Under the pieces are notes generated by a model that did no database searches, was not told the origin of the DNA, and saw only the letters and a program-made list of their open reading frames with translations. A stretch of 56,659 nt of DNA, the filler included, from Barthelona sp. PAP020 (lineage: Eukaryota): the NCBI GenBank assembly GCA_040182905.1. It is 2 parts of 2 records of this genome, joined end to end, with 100 filler letters (N's around TTAATTAATTAA, not from the genome) between each part and the next. Parts side by side here need not be neighbours in the genome. Positions count along the whole stretch, not along the records: positions 28,457 to 56,659 come from JARQWU010000126.1; 1 more part is not named here. One strand, given 5' to 3'. Numbering within the stretch: the stretch's first letter is position 1; every line of letters begins with the position of its first letter. The position numbers and the translations under genes are program-made. Shown piece after piece: positions 43,101-52,100 of the stretch.

Positions 43101-46100
43101 GAATTTTGAATATTCTTCTTCTAAAAATCGAATAATTTAACACAGGTACAAATACACCCATTTTGGCTTCATAATTGAGGAAATGTTTCTTCTTTGTTCG
43201 GAATTCTTCAGCAATTATTAAATATTCAGACAAATCTTGATGAATAAATACAGTTTGAGCAATTGTTTGAGGAGTAACTTCCATATTTGTTCCAAAGAAA
43301 GTTCTGCTTGCATTAGTCATTGTTTCAATCAAAATCTTTTTTGACGTTTCATCAACTAATCGGATATTAAACATGGAATAAAAAATAAACATGACAAAAT
43401 CATGAATTTCTTTCAAAGTGCAATGCATATTTGGTGGATTTTCACTTAAGAGTTGAACAAACATCATTCTATCTTCTTCAGAAAATAATTTAAATGGGGC
43501 ATCAACAGTTTGAACCAAAGAAACTTCCAAACGTGATAATATATTATCGACACAATCAACAACAGTCTTAGTTATCGAATCATCAACTTTATTTGCCCAA
43601 CTTTCAAAAATAGGCTTGAAAACAGCATTTTTAGAATTAAAACCAAGCCAATAATCAACTAAGCAAGCTTCATTTAAGGTAATCACATGACTATCATAGA
43701 CCAAAGAAGGAGGATTTTCATTGTTCACATCATAATCTCCAGTACAATAGACAAAAAGATTGTGAAATTTAACTATATCACCATTACTCAATAATATGGA
43801 TTCTTTGTTACTAATGCGAATAATCACATCAATGATAACATCAGAAGCCAATTCAGTATGAGATACCCATAAAATCACTCTGGTTCTTGGATTGGGAGGA
43901 CCATAAGTGTCATTACTGTATTTAACCACATTTTTCAACAGATCCTGCATGAAAACATCAATCGTAATGGCACTATGCAAGACAATACGCACTGGTGCAA
44001 GATTGAAACCTAACCCCGAAGAATTTCTAACACCGTAATCAAATGTAATATTTTCACCATTAATTAGAAGCAATTCCCAAAGATTAACGTCTTTCAAAAC
44101 CATATCTTGCAAAATTTCGGCAGGTCGAACATCAGAATGCAAATACCATCTTCCATCTGGATCAAATGGTTCCGGTAAATGTTCCCAGAAGAAATACATG
44201 TCTTGATTCGGAACTTTTTCCAAAATTCTGGGAACATATTTCTTCATAACTTCATTACAATCTGCTATAAATACTTGAGTTTGTTGTTGGTTCAATCTAA
44301 ATCCTGCAGCGGGAATTGTAAAACAAGCAAATAGATAAATTAATACTGGATCATAATTAACATATCTTTCATGGAAAGTACAAGCCATATAAGCACCAGC
44401 AGCATTGACACAACAACGTGCCATATTAAATGGATCATAACCTTGCATAATTAAATGTCTGCGATCTGCTTTTAAAATAGTAAGAAAATGTGCAATGAAT
44501 GACATTTCCGGCCAAGAAATCAAATGTGAAAATTTTTCATAAAAAATTTTGGAATTTCTAGAAAATTGTACTGATGATGCCAAATAAGGATGCGTTGCAA
44601 TACCATTCAAACCAGTTGGATCCCAAAAATGCATCTTTGGTAAATTTACAACAGCCCAATTATTTCTCAAATAATGTTCAGTTATGTCATTCTTGGCACT
44701 CAAATAATTCCTTGTGGTCGAAGAAGGATTATAATCTCTCTTCAAATAACCATCCAAAAATAAACCGGAATGACTCAAAGCTGTATCATATTTCAACAAC
44801 ACTTTTACTTCCAACCGCATTGCTTGTCCTGTTCTCTTTGTAATTAAAGGGAAAAATTCCATAAATAACTCTTTAATGACTTGAGGTAAATACTGTTCAA
44901 TATAATGAATAAAAGAAGTCATTCTTTGTGTAATCATTACAATCACATAAATGTTGATCACACTTGTAAATTTTTGTATCAAAATTTTCTCAAAAATTTG
45001 ATGTTCCAATTCACTTATGATGTTTGAAACAATAATCGAAAAACTTTCACATTGGACTGTTGAAACAACAACCTTCAACACAACACAATTGGCACCCAAA
45101 CGAGATTTCAAGAGATTTTCGAACGCTTTAAAAACTCGGGTCAGAAATGGTTTATCCTCAAAAACTCCCAATTTCAGGCAAATACTATCAAAATAAGTAA
45201 ATGCTGTGTAACAATCATTTAAGTTCTGCATATCCTCTGGAGTATATTGAGCTACAGAATGAGTCACAGTGTAAGGTTTCAAAGTTATGTAATCAACCAT
45301 TTTATTCTCATATAGTGAAAAAAATTGACCAAATTTGGGATTAATTTCAGAAACAACAAAACCTAACAATTCTTTTTCCCCAGTTAAATTATATGGCGTC
45401 AAATGATTCAATGAATGCACGTTAAAAGCAATTCGAACGCTAGAAACAATCACAAAACACATAATTTGTTTAATCGCATTGTCATAATCTTGCCAATCTT
45501 TCTCTTTTTTATTCCATTTCGAAGTAACAACATTGAATAAACTTTCAATCCAAGCCGCTTGGAAAGAAATAACCTTTTCCCAATAATATGGCTCGACTGA
45601 TAAATTAGTCCCACAAGCACAAATGAGCAACATGTACTTTGTTAATTGTTTAGCGGCAAAATAGGGAAAGGGAAATGTGGAAGCAACAAATTTTGATAAT
45701 GCCTTGTTAAAGGTATAACTCTCCTCAAAACATTGATCATTTCTAACATAAAATGGTTCAACAGCAGTTTTTAATTCCGGAATTTCACAAGTTGAAGTAA
45801 ATATCATTGGATAAGGATGATTTTGACACAATCTATTCAGAACTTTCACATGCTGGGGAGCCAACGTGTGAAGATCCTTCAAAACAACAACAATTTTGAG
45901 TGCTTTTCCAATATTGAACGCAAGTGAAGCCACTGTTTCAAAAGTTTCTGGGTATTTTTCAAAATCAAAAGATGCTTGAAGCAAACCATACAGCATAAAA
46001 TATTCTTTTGCTAAAGATTTAACACAATGATGAATAATATCATCTATTTGAGGAAAAAAATCACCAACCAACAATAATTTGGTACTCTCACCTTGAGACA

Positions 46101-49100
46101 AAGATAAAAATTTCTTCAATGCCAAATATGTTTGAGAATCCAAAGATGAGTGTCTGTTAGTTTCAATGGGATAAAAACCAATTTGTAAATCTTTGAAAGG
46201 TAAATATTCGCTATTTAGTACTGAAGTAGCTGAAAAATCATCAAAATTGTAATTCAACGGATAAATAGGGAAATATGATAAATATTTTTCAAAATCTTCC
46301 AATTTTTCATATTTTTCGTAAAAATCTTCGATTTCAAGATCTCGTTTTTGTTCTTCAGCCTCATGAATCTCAAACAATTCTGTGTCTTCCATAAATACAT
46401 CATTACTCATGTCTAATGGTTTGGATTCACCATCTTTCTCTGTAGCACTCAAAAAATCTTTCTTTCTAAGATATTCATCAAACTCCATTGAACGATATTT
46501 AAGATAATAACTCAACATTTCACAATTTAACGTATATAGATAAGTATGATTGCCTTTGTTTGCTTTATTAGCTTCAAAACCTCCTCTAAATCTCAAATAT
46601 ATATCATAACAAATGGATGCCATCATATTCTGATCAAATAATACATCTGCCCTTGACAATGCGGTTCTTAAAGCAAAGACACTGATGCCTAATGGGAAAT
46701 GGAATAACCTGGTAAAAAAAGTATCGATATCTCTGTTCTCAACAAATTCTCCAATTACTTGGTTGACCATGTGATACTCTTCTTTCATGGCTTTTTCATA
46801 ACTGTCAACTATTTTATTAATAATAACAGCTGGTGTGTCCAAAGAGCCTAAAAAGATAGGAGTAGCCAATTGTAACATTTCAAACGATTGAACCATCTGA
46901 GCAGTTGCAGAAGATACTCTTGATCTATGACTTGAAGCACCACTGTAAGTGGAACTTTGGGCAGTTTGTTCGGTACCAGCTGATGAATATTCAGCTTCAT
47001 CTAAGTACAAAAATTCAGCTAAAGATACAGCTTGATGATCATACGGAACAACACTATAATGTCCTATATCAGTTAAATTACCTCTTTGTATTGAAAAAGT
47101 GGAAAATAAAGGAAATATTTTTTTGAAGAATGTAATGAGTGGCAAAGCGCCCATGTTTGAGGAGCTAAATGATTCTAAATCACTGGAATTAGTTCCAATA
47201 GAAAAGAATAATGCATGTATTATAAACAAATATGAACGATTCAAGTAATAGAATCGATCACATTGTGAAAAACTCAACTGCAACACATTTATTGAAAGTT
47301 CATCAGAAAGTTTAATAAATTCATTCAAAAGACCATTTAAATCTGTTTTGTATTGAACATTCGCCAATGAATTCATAGTAACTCCTTGGATTTTACTAGA
47401 AAAATAATTTTGAATGGTAAATAAGTGATCTACAACTTGCGATAACTTTTTGCTCTGTGATAAATCTAAATCAATCGTCAATGAACCCAAAGTAACAACA
47501 AAAGCATCAACATGTAGTTGAAGGTAGCAAATAAGGATGCAAACATTTAGAATATTCAAAAGTCTGTTCAAATACATGTATAACGACTCTGTATGAATAA
47601 ATTCCGAAATTTTTATCAAATTTTCAAATTCTTTGATATATGCATATATTTCGGCAACAAAAGGAACATATTCAAAATCTTTTTCCAATAATTTGACTCG
47701 ATTTGTAAACAAAAGATCATTATCCATGGCTGTTCTGATAACTTCAGCTGTTAATTTGCCAGATAATAAAGAAAAATCTGTAAAACATATCAAAGAGAAC
47801 TTAGGAATAAAATCACCATCAAAAGCTTTCATGACGGATTTTCCTGAAACGGAAACAGGTGCAGGGGTTCCTGAAGTAAACAAATCATCATCATCAGTTT
47901 TTGTAACATCTAACGATGATTTATCTTTTCGACGAACTTGAAAACCCTTCCAAATACGTTGAATATCCGTAATATTCTTATCAACTTCTTTTTTATGTTC
48001 ATAATCAGCAATTATTTGAATATATTCTTCATCTTCCTTCAGTTTTTGTCGTAATAACCAACTTCTACCAGCAGCTTGTATGCATACAGTGGATTGAAGA
48101 CGATTGAATTCTTTCTTTTTGCTGTTTTTTATTGCCATCTTTTCAATTGTTTCTTTTAAACTATTTTGTTCAGTTTCTGCTGCAATTTCCCTTTGTTCAA
48201 TTTGTCTCAACACAAACATAGCTTGACGATTTAATTTCTGCAATTCTTGACGTCTTTCTTGTTCTCGACGTTTTGAAATCTTTTCAACTTGTTCTTGTTG
48301 TCGTTTTTGAATATTTGTCACTTCTTCATTAAAACGTCTTTCCATTTCCTTTAATAAAGGAGTGTTAGCTCTTAAATGAATATCATAATGTTCTTGTTTA
48401 AAAGTCAAAAAGGTATATTTGACGTCTACTTCTTCAATTAAGGTTGATTGTTTTAAAAATGAAGAAATTCCAGCAAGGTCTTCTTCAGATGATACAACAG
48501 ATCTTACCGCTTCCATAGTCAAAAGTTTTGGATCTTTAACATTAAATATACGCTCCCAAAGAGTTGAGGTAGGTGGAGATTTTTGAAATTTTTCAAATAA
48601 ATCAATATTTTCCTTCAAAACTTTGTAAAACTTAAATTGTCTTGGATATTTTTCTTTCATTTCTGTTGATAAATTATCAAATCTCTTCTTCAAATTTGAA
48701 AAATCAGAAACAAATCGAGGGATATATATATCTAAAAAGAAAGCACCAGAAACCAAAGAATATTCAGCACTAATGATACTACATAACTCTCCCCAACTTG
48801 ACAATATGGTAGACGATTTCTCTAAAGCCTCAAAAGAAACTTCTTTGATACCAACTGGAGAAAAAAAGCTATTCATGTGTTTGATTGTTTGTTGAATTGT
48901 ACTGTACTCATTTTGTAAACCGCCTAACATAATAAGACGATCATCAGACCAAATTTTTTCTTTTTCAGTTTCATATTCAGTTTCACAATCAACAAATGCC
49001 TCCACACATTTGGAATAAAATTGTTCACTCAAAATAGAAGTCTCTTCGATGGTATTCTTGAATAAATCATAGATATTCTTTCCAAATTGAGGATCAGACA

Positions 49101-52100
49101 GGACTTCTTCAACCAATTTTTGAACTTCTTGTGATTCATTCATAATTTCTTTAAATTTACCAAGGTTTTCATCAAATATTTTTGAAAAACATGAAATTCT
49201 TCTTAATTTCTTAACAAAATCTCTAGTTTCTGATATTCTACCTGATATAACCTCATAACAATCTTTAAAAGATTTTGCACATTCCAAACGCTCCTTTATA
49301 GAAGATGACTGTAAGCCACTGCGAATTTTATCAAAAAAATTACTGAAAGTTTCAAAAATGTAATTATTAATCAAAATATAGGCATTGGATATAGTATCAA
49401 TGGCAGATTTTGCTCGAATTGTCAATGACTTAATGAAAGGATTGATGTCTAAATCAAGAAATTCAATTTGATGATGAACTTTGTATGATTCTAACATTTT
49501 TAAAGATTTGTCAACGATTTTAGCAGATTCTTCAACAATTGAATACCTTTCTTTTGCAGAAATATTTTCCAAAAATGAAATTTGTAAATCAGTCCTAGCA
49601 CTTGGATTCAAAACTACTAATGGTGTCTTAACCAATAGTTGAGATTGATTAACAAAATCTAAACCAATAAGTGGACTATAGTTTTCAGTTAACGTTAAAA
49701 TATATTCTTTTAAATTGGTGTTGGCACGAAATACTAATTTATTTAATGTAGAAGCAAATGAATCATTGTCAGCACATTCAAATATCCTACTAGCACTGCT
49801 TTCACTAAAAATTATTGAATCAAACTTTGAATTGGCCTGTCCACTAATTGGAACATTAGTATCAACTTTTGATTTTGAATCTTTGCTTCCTTGCTTTTTC
49901 TTCTTTGTAGAACCATCTTGCAATGCTTTGGCATCAGTGGCTAAAGATATTGTTGATTCAGGTGAAAATAATGTTAGACCATCAAATGCAGACATGTACG
50001 TGTGAAATAGATAAGAAAATACATCTGCTAAATATATTTGCTGATTTGCCCTGTTGCTTTTATTATCCTTTCCAATATTTGCTAATGTAGAAGATTGTGC
50101 CATACGACTGGCAGACAAACCAAATAAATCACTGGATTGATTCTTACCATCAAAAGATGAAGCAATACCCCATTTACTTGAATGTCTTGAACCTTTGCTG
50201 ACTCTCAATACTTCTTCAACACCATTTTCAGTTAAAGTTAATGAGACAGAAGGCTCAGAAATAATTCTTGAACCTCTCAATGTTACAATACCATTTAATA
50301 GGTTCTGTCCAATCATCAGTTGCAAAAAATCTTGACACTGAGCAAAATAGCATTTTCTTATCTTGTCAACAAGATATTCATTCAAAAACTGTACAAATTC
50401 AATCCAGATTGGATCTCCTTGAGATAAATTTAACACATCAAAAGCAGATTGTAACAATGTTATAACTTTTGTTGAAAAGTTTCTTAGAGAATCGTTTAAC
50501 AACACAGCCTTTGCATTAACCGACGCTAACATTGCCTCGTAAGAAGTAGGATATTCAAAATCAAAAAATTTTGGAAACGATTCAATCATAAAATTGACTT
50601 GATCAAATATACTTTTGAAAGCATTCAAATGTTGTTCAAATTGAATCATCAATGCACTTAAGGAAACTTCAAATTCACTTAAACCAGTACTTCCCAATTT
50701 TAATGTTGTTGCAATACGCTTAAAATTATTGTCTATCTCATTGATATCATTCTGCAATAAAACTTGAATTGATGGTTGAATATCTGTGATTAAACGAGTA
50801 AATTTATTGACTAAACTTGAAATTGCATTGGTGTTGGACAATATTCTGTGGAAATCATCAATTCTAAACGTTGATGATTCCTCTTCTAAAAAAGTAAAAA
50901 CAGATGTCAAAGGATATTGTTTTAATGTGTATTTACCAATCATTAACTCTTTAATTAATCTCATAAGCACATAATTATGTGGAATAACATAATGAAAAGG
51001 TTTGTCAATGCTAATCAATGCAGCAGAAACATAGTCATCTAATTTTTCCGCATTTTCACTGTATACTTCCTCATAGGTCTTTAGAGCTTGTGATGTTAAA
51101 GTAGTAAAAGTTTCAACAGCTGTTTTATATTGATTTACTGTGTGATTCAACAAGGTTTTGAAATCATTATCAAAATCTTTCAATTGTACAAGTGATAAAT
51201 GCTCATATTCATCTTGTTGTAAACTCTGGGATCCTTTTCCATCAAATATAAGTCTTTTTGTGATGTTATATTTGTCTTCAACTTTGAAAGTATGGTACAA
51301 TCTATCACTAATATCCAGATGTTCAAAGAATTTTTTCACAATATTCACATAAGCCAACATAGCGGTTCTATATCTCAACAAAGAACTTAATAAATTAACA
51401 AAAGGAGGACCAAAAACATTTGTAGCTTTTAAACGTTCAATTAAATTCTTAGTGTCTACATCTACATCGCCATCCTGAACATATATGAATTCTCCACACA
51501 AATCAACAAATTTTTGATAATGAGGAGCCAAGGCACTTAACATCACATCAGAAACTGTGATCAAATTAAGAAAACTCTTAGCAGAAATACCAAATAAAGA
51601 TTTTCTCAAAACAATTAACTTTGAACTATGAAGAATTTTAGTCATTTCAAACAAACACAGAAGGGTTTGTAATTTTTTCATTTCAGAACATTCAAATTCA
51701 AAAGCTACTTCCAAATATTCACACAACAAGTCCAAATGTTCAGAACTATTTGTGAAATAGTTATTTACGTTTTCATTCCATCCATTATTAGTTATTAAAA
51801 AAATATCTATCGACTCATTCAAAAGGAAAACCAGCAACTTTTTGATCAAAGTAAAGGTATGAATTTTTAAGCCAATCATTTGTTTGTTGATAAAGCTTAT
51901 TGGATTTTTATGTTCAATGAGAGAACCACTTAAACAATCAGAATCTGTTGAAGAACTTGATAAAACGGTGAAAGAAATTTCAGTAAATGAAGAGAAGCAC
52001 AAAGACATTTCACAAAATTCCTCTAAATCCAATAATCGATCACAAAACAGTTGAAATCTATCACGTAGTATATTTGAAAATTTTACTAAAGGTTTAGAAA

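Noticed and set aside
47830..47870. 'PVSVSGKS' as a Walker A motif in the dynein-like protein
   Set aside because: Lacks the first Gly of GxxxxGKS and lies in a low-complexity insertion, not at an AAA position.
39573..51352. Numerous 60-100 aa ORFs antisense or out of frame within the giant ORF (and similar ones inside other genes)
   Set aside because: Expected shadow ORFs; many start at TTG/GTG and none has a motif.
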